DNA of 64,000 nt from Candidatus Saccharimonadota bacterium (GTDB lineage Bacteria; Patescibacteriota; Saccharimonadia; Saccharimonadales; JACDBH01), in NCBI GenBank assembly GCA_028289135.1, contig JAQGGW010000004.1, positions 758 to 64,757 of the forward strand, given 5' to 3'. Position 1 is the first letter of the stretch. The number at the start of each line of letters is the position of its first letter. Positions 7,322 through 19,065 of this stretch are shown one piece after another. The notes beneath the pieces are model-generated. The model was not told where the DNA came from. It ran no database searches and saw nothing but the letters and a program-made list of their open reading frames with translations. The position numbers and the translations under genes are program-made.

Positions 7322-10300
7322 ATGGGTGAATTTTCAAAAGAATACGACAAACTAAATGCCGAACAGAAAAAAGCCGTCGATGCCACCGAGGGTGCGGTGC
7401 TGGTTATTGCCGGCCCAGGGACAGGCAAAACCCAGCTGCTTTCGCTGCGCGTAGCAAACATTTTGGACAAGTCGGACTCCCAAGCTCAAAACATTTTGTG
7501 CCTGACTTTTACCAACAAAGCGTCCAACAACATGCAGCTGCGTCTAAGCCGTTTGGTTGGCCCATTGGCGCACAAAGTCATGATCAATACCTTCCACAGC
7601 TTTGCCGCCGAAGTTATGAATATGTATCCTGAATACTTTTGGCAGGGCGCCCGGCTAATTAATGTACCGACAGCCGTGCAGTACGAAATTATTACCGACA
7701 TATTGTCGGCCTTGCCGTTAGACAACCCGCTAGCCTTAAAATTTGCGGGACAATTTACCAGCACCAAAGACGTTTTGGATGGGCTAAAACTGGCCAAGGA
7801 AGCAGGCTTAACACCCGATAAATTGCGGGCGTTAATTACCCATAATATTAGCTATATCGACGAGGTCGAAGACTTGCTGGTAGAAATCTGCAGTGAAAGA
7901 CTGAGCTATAAAAAGCTCGACGAACTTGCCATGCAGATCGAGGAGCTGCCCGAGCAGCATACCGACGAAGTTACCCGCCCGCTTGTGGCACTTTCAACAG
8001 TTATTTTAGAATCTTTTGAAGCCGCGCACACAGCCGACGACGGCACCGACAGAACCAAAAACACCAGCGCCTGGAAAGCACGCTGGATCAAATCGGTAGA
8101 AGGCCAAAAAGGCATGTTTGAAGAGCGCAAACGCAATGCCTGGTGGTTGGCGCTGGCAGACGTATACGAAAGCTACCGGAGCGCATTGCACGAACGCGGA
8201 TACTATGACTTTTCGGACATGATTATTGAAGTGATTTCGCAGCTGGAACAAAACCCAGACATGTTGGCAGACATCCAGGAGCGCTTTCATTACGTTTTGA
8301 TTGACGAATTCCAAGACACCAATGCCGCGCAGCTGCGCCTAGCGCACCTTGTGGCCGACAGCTACGCCAGCGCCGGCAACCCAAACATTATGGCGGTGGG
8401 TGACGACGACCAGTCGATCTACAAATTTAACGGCGCCGAACTTAGCAACATGATGGGCTTTACGCGCAGCTATCCGCAGGCAAAAACTTTTGTTTTAACC
8501 GACAATTACCGCTCCAGCCAAGACGTTTTGGATATTTCGATGCAGGTGATTGCACAGGCCAGCGAACGCGTGACCACAAAGCACGCCGCCATAACCAAGG
8601 AGCTTGTTGCCAAGAACCCTCCGTCCAAAAAAAGCAGCATCCAGCATCTTTCATTCCCAACTAAAGAGCACCAATATTACGAAATTGCCAAGCAAATCAG
8701 CAAGGCGCAAAAAGAGGGAAGTGTGGCAGTGTTGGCCCGCAGCCATGACAGCCTGCGCGCCGTGGCGCACACGCTAAATCTGCAAAACGTACCAGTTCGT
8801 TATGAACAGCAGCAAAGCGTTTTAGAGCAGCCAATTGTGAAGCAAATTAGATTAATCGCCGAAATTATTATCGCCATAGCGGACGGCAACGAAAACCTTG
8901 TTAACACATTTATCCCAGAACTTTTAACTTATGAGGCGTGGAACATTAAGCCCTATACATTGTGGGAGCTGGCCATTGGCAACCGCGGCAAGGCGCACTG
9001 GCTTAAAACCCTGACCGACCACCCTGACGAGCATTTGCAGACAATCGGTAACTGGCTATTGTGGCTAGCTGGCAAGGCCAAAACAGAACCGCTGTGCAGG
9101 GTGCTGGAATTTATAATTGGGCTTAGCGCATCCGAACATTTAACAAGCCCGCTTAGACGATTTTATCTGGAAGCGGACGCTGTTGATACGCCGTATCTTG
9201 CCAGCATTTCAGCCGTGCGAAAGCTTACCGAAATGGCGCAGGAATTTAGCAGCCACGGATCGGCCACAGTGCAGGACTTTATACGCCTGCTGCACGTTAG
9301 CATTAACAATAACCAAACCATTACCGACCAGTCTTTGTTTGTAACCGCTGCCAATGCCGTTGAGCTCCTAACGATCCACAAGGCCAAGGGGCTTGAGTTT
9401 GACGCGGTGTTTATCGTGGATGCCATGGAGTCAAATTGGAAGCCTTCTGCGCGCGGGCGTAAGGCACCTTCCAACTTGCCGCTCAGGCCAAACGGTGATG
9501 ATTATGACGATTACGTGCGGCTGATGTTTGTGGCCATGACACGTGCCAAGCGCGATATTACAATTGCCAGCTACTATACGACCGGCAGCGGGGACGAAGC
9601 GGTGGCGTCATCTATTATCCGTGACATTATTCCAGCAACAATACTGGATTATAACGAAGCCAATGATGCTGCAAAAGTTTTGGAAACAACGTTAACATGG
9701 CCGCGGCTAGAAGGATCAGAAGAAAAAGCATTACTGGGCGAAATATTAGAAAATTATACCCTGAGCCCGTCAGCATTTTTGGACTTTTTGGATGTTGCCA
9801 AAGGCGGCCCGCAGTATTTTTTGGAAAAGTATTTACTTCGTTTGCCAGAAGCGCAGTCTGTGCCGGCGGCGTTTGGTAGCTCTATCCACACTGCACTAGA
9901 ACGTGCTCAGCAAATGGTGCTGGATGACAACTTTGAGCTTGGCGCCGTGTTGTCCGCTTACAAAGCAGCACTGCTTGAACAAGGCATGAGCAACAACGAC
10001 TTTGAACGCTACTTGGACCACGGCAAGAAAATTATTAGCCAGCTATTTGAAAAGTACGACCTTGATCTGCAAAAAACTGGACAGCCAGAAGTTAGCCTGC
10101 GCGCGCGTTTTGACAACGTTACTATCGCCGGCAAATTAGACCGCGCAGACACAAGCGGCACCGAGCTGTTAATTACCGATTACAAGACAGGCAAGCCGTT
10201 AACTTCACTACAGACCAAAAGCCAAGCACTTCAGCAAAAAGCTTGGCGGCACCGAACGCAGCTTGAGCTATATACATTTATGGCAAAAGAATCGGGTCAC

Positions 10301-10534
10301 TATCCGGACTCCAAAACTATTGAAGCGCAAATGACGTATGTTGAAGCCGAGACAAAAAAAGAATTATCATTACGCTATGCAGCAGAGCCGGAAGCATTGC
10401 AACGTTTGCGGCATTTGGTAGTTGCAGTTAATGAAAAAATACAATCGCTCAACTTGCCAGACGTTCGCCATTATGAAGCAAGCTATAGTGGCACGCTGCA
10501 GTTTGAAGAAGACTTACTTAGCGGCGCAATATAA
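7322..10534 (+). CDS. UvrD/Rep-family helicase fused to C-terminal PD-(D/E)xK nuclease
   Basis: AGPGTGKT, IDEFQD, VGDDDQSIY, NYRS, TIHKAKGLEF, VAMTRA; C-terminal GKLDR...DYKTG. Confidence 0.92.
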   Translation: MGEFSKEYDKLNAEQKKAVDATEGAVLVIAGPGTGKTQLLSLRVANILDKSDSQAQNILCLTFTNKASNNMQLRLSRLVGPLAHKVMINTFHSFAAEVMNMYPEYFWQGARLINVPTAVQYEIITDILSALPLDNPLALKFAGQFTSTKDVLDGLKLAKEAGLTPDKLRALITHNISYIDEVEDLLVEICSERLSYKKLDELAMQIEELPEQHTDEVTRPLVALSTVILESFEAAHTADDGTDRTKNTSAWKARWIKSVEGQKGMFEERKRNAWWLALADVYESYRSALHERGYYDFSDMIIEVISQLEQNPDMLADIQERFHYVLIDEFQDTNAAQLRLAHLVADSYASAGNPNIMAVGDDDQSIYKFNGAELSNMMGFTRSYPQAKTFVLTDNYRSSQDVLDISMQVIAQASERVTTKHAAITKELVAKNPPSKKSSIQHLSFPTKEHQYYEIAKQISKAQKEGSVAVLARSHDSLRAVAHTLNLQNVPVRYEQQQSVLEQPIVKQIRLIAEIIIAIADGNENLVNTFIPELLTYEAWNIKPYTLWELAIGNRGKAHWLKTLTDHPDEHLQTIGNWLLWLAGKAKTEPLCRVLEFIIGLSASEHLTSPLRRFYLEADAVDTPYLASISAVRKLTEMAQEFSSHGSATVQDFIRLLHVSINNNQTITDQSLFVTAANAVELLTIHKAKGLEFDAVFIVDAMESNWKPSARGRKAPSNLPLRPNGDDYDDYVRLMFVAMTRAKRDITIASYYTTGSGDEAVASSIIRDIIPATILDYNEANDAAKVLETTLTWPRLEGSEEKALLGEILENYTLSPSAFLDFLDVAKGGPQYFLEKYLLRLPEAQSVPAAFGSSIHTALERAQQMVLDDNFELGAVLSAYKAALLEQGMSNNDFERYLDHGKKIISQLFEKYDLDLQKTGQPEVSLRARFDNVTIAGKLDRADTSGTELLITDYKTGKPLTSLQTKSQALQQKAWRHRTQLELYTFMAKESGHYPDSKTIEAQMTYVEAETKKELSLRYAAEPEALQRLRHLVVAVNEKIQSLNLPDVRHYEASYSGTLQFEEDLLSGAI

Positions 10535-10566
10535 AAAGAACTTCGCTGTTAGACGAAGTTCTTTTA
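10534..10566. terminator. Bidirectional intrinsic terminator
   Basis: AAAAGAACTTCG...CGAAGTTCTTTT between convergent genes. Confidence 0.75.
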
Positions 10567-10582
10567 ATGTAACTACTTAGAC

Positions 10583-11353
10583 TTAACGAGTGCGTCGTGC
10601 AGTTGTTGTTTTGCGACGAGCAGTTGTGCGGGGCTTTGCTGCAGGCTTGCGCTTTGCAGCAGTTGCAGCAGTCTTACGACGAGCAGGTGCTACAGATGTA
10701 GTTGTTGCAGCTGATGAACTAGCAGCAACTCTTGTAGATGGTGCAAACAAGAGCGCGTAGAGGTTCATACCAACTACCGCACCAACGATTGGACCAAAGA
10801 TGTCGGCGCGTCCCCATGTCTGGTTAGCGAGCGCGACAGCTGGGTTCAACGCAGCGTTTGATGCAAGTGAAGCGACTACAACACCAACAAATAATGAGGC
10901 GCCGGCAGTTGCTGCCATTTTAGCGCCTTCAAATTTTTGGTAAATCGCTGCTGTGATACCAAATGTAAACACAAGCGTACCAAGCATTTCAGCAACGAAA
11001 ACTTTCCATTCAAAACTCTTGCTAGCAATGCTTGCAAGTTTTTGGCCGGTAAAATATTCGGCCAAGCGCCATGCAGCCAAACCGCCGAGCATTTGAGCTG
11101 CAAGATATGCAAGCGCCTGCAAAGTCTGGATCTTACGCAAAGTCCACATACCGATTGTGACTGCAGGGTTAAAATGCGCGCCTGAAGTTGCGCTAAAAAC
11201 AAGCGTCAACAATAGGTAAGTAATTGCCGCGCTAAAGGCTACGAAATAGCCAATGCCAATTTGTGAACGTGCAACGTTAATGATTGCTGTTGCGAGGATA
11301 CCGGTGCCGAGAAATTCCGCTACTAACATAGCGATTTTAGAACGTACTGTCAT
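10583..11353 (-). CDS. MIP-family channel (aquaporin) with basic C-terminal tail
   Basis: AEFLGT, SGAHFNPAVT, second NPA (LNPAVA); GGAGG Shine-Dalgarno. Confidence 0.9.
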   Translation of the reverse strand: MTVRSKIAMLVAEFLGTGILATAIINVARSQIGIGYFVAFSAAITYLLLTLVFSATSGAHFNPAVTIGMWTLRKIQTLQALAYLAAQMLGGLAAWRLAEYFTGQKLASIASKSFEWKVFVAEMLGTLVFTFGITAAIYQKFEGAKMAATAGASLFVGVVVASLASNAALNPAVALANQTWGRADIFGPIVGAVVGMNLYALLFAPSTRVAASSSAATTTSVAPARRKTAATAAKRKPAAKPRTTARRKTTTARRTR

Positions 11354-11457
11354 GTATACAAACCCTCCGTTAGTTTATTACCTACAATCATAATACGTTT
11401 TTATACTTTTGCAAATATTATCTGTAGAACACCTTGTTTTTACTGAACAAGAAACGG

Positions 11458-11570
11458 TAACGTACACGAGTGCAGTTTGGCCGAAGAACGAGCACCGGAT
11501 TCGGAGTGTATAGGGAAATACATGCAGAAACGGAGCGGAGTTATTCGGTCAAAATGTGCCGTGTACGTTA
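11458..11570. repeat. Long palindromic element, family A copy 1
   Basis: TAACGTACACG...CGTGTACGTTA outer stem; shares AGTGCAG-TTTGG...GAGCACCG...CGGAGC...CAAAATGTGC with copies at 17428 and 50139. Confidence 0.85.
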
Positions 11571-11993
11571 GCGCCGTTTGTTTCTCTTCAAGCCAGCGAC
11601 TTGCAGGCGTACCGCATGTCTATCCATCAAACTTTGTGCGTGTTGTAATGACACTTGGTCTTTAGCCTCAGCCTTCATTTTCTTAGCCAACTCAAATGCC
11701 TTCTGCACTTCTTGTTCATTCAATTCATCTGCATGATCGGCTTCGTCAACCAAGATTTTTAGTTCGTCATTTTCGACCTGTACAGTACCGCCAGATATTG
11801 CAAAAACTTCGCGCTGGTCGTCACGCTCTCCAGCAGTTTTGCGCACCATAATCGCGCCGTGCGTTGCAACGCTAATTAGCGGCATGTGGCCGGGAAGCAC
11901 ACCGATTTCGCCGTCCAAAGTCGGGATCAAAACTTCGTATGCTTCGCCGTCAAATTTAACGCCGTCTAGTGTATATAAAACAAAGTGAATCAT
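11568..11993 (-). CDS. atpC: ATP synthase F1 epsilon subunit
   Basis: GEIGVLPGHMPL, AISGG; last gene of the operon. Confidence 0.95.
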   Translation of the reverse strand: MIHFVLYTLDGVKFDGEAYEVLIPTLDGEIGVLPGHMPLISVATHGAIMVRKTAGERDDQREVFAISGGTVQVENDELKILVDEADHADELNEQEVQKAFELAKKMKAEAKDQVSLQHAQSLMDRHAVRLQVAGLKRNKRR

Positions 11994-12002
11994 GAATGAA
12001 TA

Positions 12003-13653
<1,651 letters not shown>

Positions 13654-13657
<4 letters not shown>

Positions 13658-14526
13658 TTCATTGCCTCCGCGCCGCCGGTTACTTCGGCGATTTCTTGGG
13701 TAATGTTGGACTGGCGGGCGCTGTTGAATGCCAGTGTCAGATCGCTAATAATATCATTCGCGTTATCGGTCGCGTTCTTCATGCTGAGCATGCGCATTGA
13801 ATGCTCAGATGCGATACTCTCCAGCATAGCTTGCCAAATTTGTACTTCCAACAAACGCTCCGTAACATTATCTAGAACATCGGTAATTGACGGCTCAAAA
13901 GTTACGCTGCTGAGCGACTCGGTCGCGCCGGGGTCAGATTCGTCCAAACGGGCAGGCAACAATGACATTGCGTTGGCAACCTGCAAGATGTTTGATTGGT
14001 GAACAGTGTAGAGCAGCTGCACATCATCGACTGCGGCCGTGGCGTACTGGTCGATAATGCTGGTCAAGATTGGGCGGAGGTCATTGGCACTTGGGTGGTC
14101 ACCAAAACCAGGAAAGGCCGCAACAAGTTCAATGCTTTCCAAACGGCGGATAAACTGCACGCCGCGCTTACCGATCACAATCGCTTGGGTTTTAATTCCT
14201 TGTTTTTTGTCCTCGATCGCGGCACGCGTCAAAAGCTTGATGATGTTTGAGTTGTAGGCGCCGGCAAGGCCACCATCGCTGGTGATGGCAACATACAAAC
14301 GGGTCTTTACTTCTCGCTGCACAAACAATGGGTGTTCGTTTACATCAGTTACGGTTGTAAGACGGCTAAGCAGCTCATGGGCGGCAATGCGGTAGCTGCG
14401 CCCGCGCTGTGCCACTTCTGTTGCACGGCGCATTTTTGAGGCCGAAACCAACTCCATCGCCTTGGTAATCTGGCGGGTAGAACGCACACTCTTGATGCGC
14501 CGTTGGAGGAGCTGGGTACTAGGCAT
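13654..14526 (-). CDS. atpG: ATP synthase F1 gamma subunit
   Basis: RRIKSVRSTRQITKAMELVS, GLAGAYNSN, ASEHSMRM, RQSNITQEI; start MPSTQ at 14526. Confidence 0.96.
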
Positions 14527-14917
14527 TAAAAGGCTCCCCACTTCCAGCGTCTTCAGGTGGATAAAGACTACCTATTGGTAGGCCACGAAGTACCGCACTT
14601 TCTTCCATAGTCGTAAAAAACTTCAATTCTGCAGCTCTAGCATTTTCGGTTAACTGTTCAATCGGTAATTGTTCAGTAGTGAGCCCTGCATCCATGAGTG
14701 CATGAATCGCATAACTTATTCCAGCATTAAATGCTGATGAAAGTGTTTCAGCAATGCTTAAGCCAGTTATCTCAGTTAAATCCCCGGCACTTATACCAGA
14801 CAGCATTAGCATACGCGCCTGTTCTGCAACATCTTCAACTTCCATTATTTTACCCACTGAACGCTCAACACTTCGCCTTGCCATATCAGAGACTGGAAAG
14901 TTGTTGGAGTCAGTCAC
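14519..14917 (-). CDS. Hypothetical 132-aa protein between atpA and atpG
   Basis: GTG start overlaps the atpA TAG; its stop overlaps the atpG start by 8 nt. Confidence 0.7.
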   Translation of the reverse strand: MTDSNNFPVSDMARRSVERSVGKIMEVEDVAEQARMLMLSGISAGDLTEITGLSIAETLSSAFNAGISYAIHALMDAGLTTEQLPIEQLTENARAAELKFFTTMEESAVLRGLPIGSLYPPEDAGSGEPFNA

Positions 14918-16479
14918 TATTTAGCTTCCTTCTTAACTTCAGCAATATGCTCGTAAGCCTTGGCAACACTCTTAGCAAGGTTCAAAATCTTTGTCTTGTC
15001 TTCGTCTGCTGGCTCAGCACCAGTGTTGAGGCCTTCGACAATCTTTGGATGGTCGTGCTTTAGGTCGCGGAGCAGTGCGGCTTCGGCGGTCTTGATTTTG
15101 TCCAATGGGACTTTGTCAAAAATACCTTCGGTAGCAGCCAAAAGCATCGTAAACATCTGCCATACACCGTATGGAGAATATTGCGGCTGCTTCAAAAGCT
15201 CTGTCAGGCGCTGGCCGCGCTCAATACTTTGCTTGGTTTCTGGGTCAAGGTCGGTAGAAAACTGGCTGAAGGCTGCAAGTTCGCGGAACTGGGCCAGGTC
15301 AATACGAAGTGATTTAGCAACTGATTTAACAGCCTTAGTCTGGGCAGAACCACCCACGCGTGAAACAGACAAGCCAACAGATACAGCTGGGCGGATACCC
15401 TGGTAGAACAAGTTGGTTTCCATAAAGATCTGACCATCAGTGATGGAAATGACGTTGGTAGGGATGTAGGCACTAATATCACCAGCTTGGGTCTCGATGA
15501 TTGGAAGGGCGGTTAAAGAACCAGCGCCGAGGTCATCAGACAGCTTAGCTGAACGCTCGAGCAAACGGCTGTGCAGGTAAAAAACATCACCAGGGTAGGC
15601 TTCGCGGCCCGGTGGACGGCGGAGCAACAGTGACATCTGGCGATAAGCCGCAGCGTGCTTGCTAAGGTCATCGTAGATGATCAAAGCGTGCTGTTTGTTA
15701 TCACGGAAGTATTCACCCATGGCAGTAGCCGCATAAGGAGCCAAGTACTGCAGTGACGCTGGGTCGGCAGCCGAAGTTGCGACCACAATTGTCTGGTCCA
15801 TAACGCCTTCGCGCTTTAGTCGCTCAACAAGACGGGCAACTTTGCTCATCTTCTGGCCAATGGCAACATAGATGTTCACGACACCGGTGTTTTGCTGGTG
15901 CTGGTTAATCATTGTATCGATCGCGATGGCGGTTTTACCGGTCTGGCGGTCACCAATAATAAGCTCGCGCTGGCCGCGGCCGATTGGCACCATGGCGTCA
16001 ATGGCGGTAATACCGGTCATAAGCGGTTCGTGCACACTCTTGCGTGAAAGAACACCTGGGGCAATCTTTTCAACAGCGCTAGTCATTGTTGTCTTGATGG
16101 CACCTTTGCCGTCGATTGGGTTACCCATTGGGTCAACAACGCGGCCTACAAGTTCTGGGCCAACAGGGACTTCGAGCACTTTACCGGTTAATTTGGCCTT
16201 GGCACCAGCTTTAATAAGCGTATCTTCGCCCAAAAGCACGCCGCCAATTTCGTCTTCGGAGAGGTTGAAGGCAAACGCTGTAACCGAGCTTCCGTCAGTA
16301 GCGTCAATTTCGATCATTTCGTTATAACCACAGGTTGTTAGCCCATAGATCCAAACCACACCGTCACCAACACGGGTGACAATACCAGTTTGTTCAATTT
16401 CTGGGCGCTTCTTAAGCTCGGCAATCGCAGTGCGGATATCTGCCGACAAGTCTGTGATTGATATATCTTTCATTACCAT
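14917..16479 (-). CDS. atpA: ATP synthase F1 alpha subunit
   Basis: [31 protein letters not shown]. Confidence 0.98.
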   Translation of the reverse strand: MVMKDISITDLSADIRTAIAELKKRPEIEQTGIVTRVGDGVVWIYGLTTCGYNEMIEIDATDGSSVTAFAFNLSEDEIGGVLLGEDTLIKAGAKAKLTGKVLEVPVGPELVGRVVDPMGNPIDGKGAIKTTMTSAVEKIAPGVLSRKSVHEPLMTGITAIDAMVPIGRGQRELIIGDRQTGKTAIAIDTMINQHQQNTGVVNIYVAIGQKMSKVARLVERLKREGVMDQTIVVATSAADPASLQYLAPYAATAMGEYFRDNKQHALIIYDDLSKHAAAYRQMSLLLRRPPGREAYPGDVFYLHSRLLERSAKLSDDLGAGSLTALPIIETQAGDISAYIPTNVISITDGQIFMETNLFYQGIRPAVSVGLSVSRVGGSAQTKAVKSVAKSLRIDLAQFRELAAFSQFSTDLDPETKQSIERGQRLTELLKQPQYSPYGVWQMFTMLLAATEGIFDKVPLDKIKTAEAALLRDLKHDHPKIVEGLNTGAEPADEDKTKILNLAKSVAKAYEHIAEVKKEAK

Positions 16480-16481
16480 AA

Positions 16482-16883
16482 TTATTTATTCCTCGCGGCA
16501 GTTAATCTTTTTAGCGTATTTAGTTTGGCTCGGACTGTAAGGTCCAGCTCTTCGCCGGCCATTTCGAGCCGCACGCCACCGATGACAGTTTCGTCAATCC
16601 GTTGGTTTAAAACATAACCCTTGGCCCCTGGGAACTCACTTTTTAAAGCGTCCGTTACACCGGCTTTTGAAGCTTGTGAAAGCGGAAAAGCGCTGACAAC
16701 TGTTGCTTCAACGTAGCCGTGGTCGGCGCGGTACTTCAAAACGTCGCGCATAAGTGATTCGATGTCGTCTGTGCGGTCTTCTTCGAGCAAATAGCTGGCA
16801 ATTGCTTGCTTGAGTCTTGTCTCGTCGTCAACTTCCAGAGTACGAGCACCGATGATTTCAGCGAGTTCGGGGCGGGAGATCAT
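16482..16883 (-). CDS. atpH: ATP synthase delta subunit (short form)
   Basis: ATVVSAFPL...IDETVIGG...DLTVRAKL; operon position. Confidence 0.88.
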   Translation of the reverse strand: MISRPELAEIIGARTLEVDDETRLKQAIASYLLEEDRTDDIESLMRDVLKYRADHGYVEATVVSAFPLSQASKAGVTDALKSEFPGAKGYVLNQRIDETVIGGVRLEMAGEELDLTVRAKLNTLKRLTAARNK

Positions 16884-17407
16884 TATTTTTTACGGCCTTT
16901 CAGGGCTTCGGATACAATTTCTGCATCTTTGCCAGGCGTAACTTTTTCGTGCACAACGGCTTCGGTCGCTTCAGAAACAAGGCCTACAAGGTCTTTTTCT
17001 AGGTTGCGGCGGGCACGGTCGGCATCTTCTTCAATGTGCGCGTCAGCTTCTTTGATGATTGCGTCAGACTTGGCTTTGGCTGATTTTTCTGCTTCGCGCA
17101 ATACTTCGCGTGATTCTTTGTGAGCGTTGGCAATAATGCGGTCGGCATCATGGCGGGCTTCGCGGATAACCTTGTCAGATTCTCCTTCGAGCTCGGCCTG
17201 GCGCTTTTCCATTTTTTCGCCCAATAATATACCGTCCTCAATAGTCTGGCGCCGCTTTTCTAACAAGGCAACGATTGGCTTAAAGGCAAACCGCTTTAGC
17301 ACCAAAAAGACAAAGATAAAGGTAATCAGCTGGATCAAAAAAGCGCTGGTTGAAAAACCAAGGATTCCGCCACTGCTTGCTTCCGCTGCAAAATATGTTG
17401 GTAGCAT
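16883..17407 (-). CDS. atpF: ATP synthase Fo b subunit
   Basis: N-terminal TM, FAFKPI...LEKRRQTI, coiled coil. Confidence 0.93.
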   Translation of the reverse strand: MLPTYFAAEASSGGILGFSTSAFLIQLITFIFVFLVLKRFAFKPIVALLEKRRQTIEDGILLGEKMEKRQAELEGESDKVIREARHDADRIIANAHKESREVLREAEKSAKAKSDAIIKEADAHIEEDADRARRNLEKDLVGLVSEATEAVVHEKVTPGKDAEIVSEALKGRKK

Positions 17408-17427
17408 TTATTTATTCTCCAGGTCTA

Positions 17428-17549
17428 AGGATTTTTGTATATGAGTGCAGTTTGGGCGAAAAGCGAGCACCGTAAACGAGGCGTACGGGATGGTACGGTG
17501 AGTGCGGAGCGCAGATTTTCGTTCAAAATGTGCCATATACATAAATCCT
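17428..17549. repeat. Long palindromic element, family A copy 2 (atpE-atpF spacer)
   Basis: AGGATTT-TGTATATG...CATATACA-AAATCCT outer stem plus the conserved family A interior. Confidence 0.85.
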
Positions 17550-17554
17550 ACTTA

Positions 17555-17794
17555 TTAAATAATGAACAATGAGGCGAACACGAGTAGCGCCATCAACTCG
17601 ATGATAGCGATAATAACCAAAACCTGGCCAAGATACTTAGCTGCTTCTGGGTTGCGGCCAACTGCGTTCATGAACGCGTTACCGATAAGTCCAATACCAA
17701 TAGCTGGTCCGAACATACCAAAGCCCATCATAATACCTTTAGCAAGGACGGTGTAATCCGGTACTCCTGCTGCTGCGACTGCAAATAACGTCAT
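17555..17794 (-). CDS. atpE: ATP synthase Fo c subunit
   Basis: GxGxxG motif, GRNPEA loop, conserved Glu (IIELM). Confidence 0.95.
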   Translation of the reverse strand: MTLFAVAAAGVPDYTVLAKGIMMGFGMFGPAIGIGLIGNAFMNAVGRNPEAAKYLGQVLVIIAIIELMALLVFASLFII

Positions 17795-17852
17795 CTGTTT
17801 TGCTCCTTATTTATTGTGATAATTAGTTAATATTGCCTTTATAAACATATTC

Positions 17853-18680
17853 TCAGGCCCCCGCGTTAACTGCCGTTGGCTCTGCGTGGTCTTCTGACTC
17901 ATGCTGCTCGTGGTGTTTGACGGCGACCGCCAGGTACATCACGGACAACATAACAAAGATATAGGCCTGCAGCGCTCCAACGAGCATCTCAAGAATAACG
18001 AATGGAAGTGAAGTAAGCGGCGCGGCAAATTTGCCCAAGTACGCGAACACCGAAATAATAATTTCACCAATGGCAACGTTTAAGAACAACCGAAGCGCAA
18101 GGCTGCCGATACGGGTAAATTCACCGAGGATTTCGAACAAACCTAAGAAAATGGTCATTGGGTTTTTAAGGCTGCCGTTAAAATAATGGCGAAGGTGCGG
18201 CAAAAGCCCGGCTTCGCGGATTGAAAACAGTTGGATAAAGAACATCGAAACGCAGGCCACGGCCAAAGTGCCGTTAAGATCGGCGGTAAACGGACGGAAA
18301 ACCGGCACGCCGTTGTGGGTAATTGCTTCACCAACGCCTGGGATAAGCCCGAGCCAGTTGCTTAAAACGATAAAGAAAAAGATCGAGACAAAATATGGGG
18401 CGTACTTAAGGGCCTTTTCACGGCTGCCCATTGCCGATGCGATCAGGTTGGTAATAAAGTCGGTGCCAAGCTCAAAAAATTGGATTAAGCCCTTGCGTGG
18501 CTTAACGCGCATCATACGAGCAGCTGTGATGCTGATGATAAGAATAAGTATAGAGCAAACCCAGGCGTAGAGAATGGAGTTGGTAATCGTAAAACCGCCA
18601 ACCTTAAAAAGCTCAAGCGGAGTAATGTGGACGGTTGGGCCGCTTTCTGCAAAACGGGATAAAAGACCGCTTAGAATCAT
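17853..18680 (-). CDS. atpB: ATP synthase Fo a subunit
   Basis: NWLGLIPG, PFTADLN, SLALRLFLN, LQAYIF. Confidence 0.95.
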   Translation of the reverse strand: MILSGLLSRFAESGPTVHITPLELFKVGGFTITNSILYAWVCSILILIISITAARMMRVKPRKGLIQFFELGTDFITNLIASAMGSREKALKYAPYFVSIFFFIVLSNWLGLIPGVGEAITHNGVPVFRPFTADLNGTLAVACVSMFFIQLFSIREAGLLPHLRHYFNGSLKNPMTIFLGLFEILGEFTRIGSLALRLFLNVAIGEIIISVFAYLGKFAAPLTSLPFVILEMLVGALQAYIFVMLSVMYLAVAVKHHEQHESEDHAEPTAVNAGA

Positions 18681-19009
18681 ACTTTAGAACCTTTCTTCTT
18701 TTTAGCTAACGCTTCTTCAGCATCCATTTCAATCTGTTCTTCTGTAACTTCCTGGATAGATTTCCAGACAACTGCCGCGCCGCCAGCAATGGCTAATATA
18801 AAGCCAGCCAAGGTGTAGGACGGTGAAGTTTTAAAGTGCTGGTCAATTTTGATACCAGCTACAAGGGGTATAAGTACAGTAAGAGCCAGGCGCCAACCCA
18901 TGTTGAGCGTGGCCGCAAAGAACTTACTTTTGGCCGCAAACACATCGATATATTCCTGAGCATCTTTCTCAGTGGTCGTCGTCTTGAGTTTGGCGGCGGC
19001 TTTTCCCAT
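18677..19009 (-). CDS. AtpZ/AtpI-family membrane protein
   Basis: Two TM helices with a GIKIDQHFKTSP loop; first gene of the atp operon. Confidence 0.75.
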   Translation of the reverse strand: MGKAAAKLKTTTTEKDAQEYIDVFAAKSKFFAATLNMGWRLALTVLIPLVAGIKIDQHFKTSPSYTLAGFILAIAGGAAVVWKSIQEVTEEQIEMDAEEALAKKKKGSKV

Positions 19010-19065
19010 TGGTGCTCTCAGTATAACAGAGACGCGACACCTGGCGCAAGACTAAGTTTTAGTTT

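Noticed and set aside
11458..11570. Integron attC site (TAAC...GTTAG ends)
   Set aside because: Other copies lack AAC/GTT ends, they flank core genes rather than cassettes, and no integron integrase is present.
11477..11665. ORFs across palindromic elements (also 22428..22916, the 22459 start extension and 50076..50309)
   Set aside because: They coincide with hairpin repeats or lie antisense to real genes; no coding signature.
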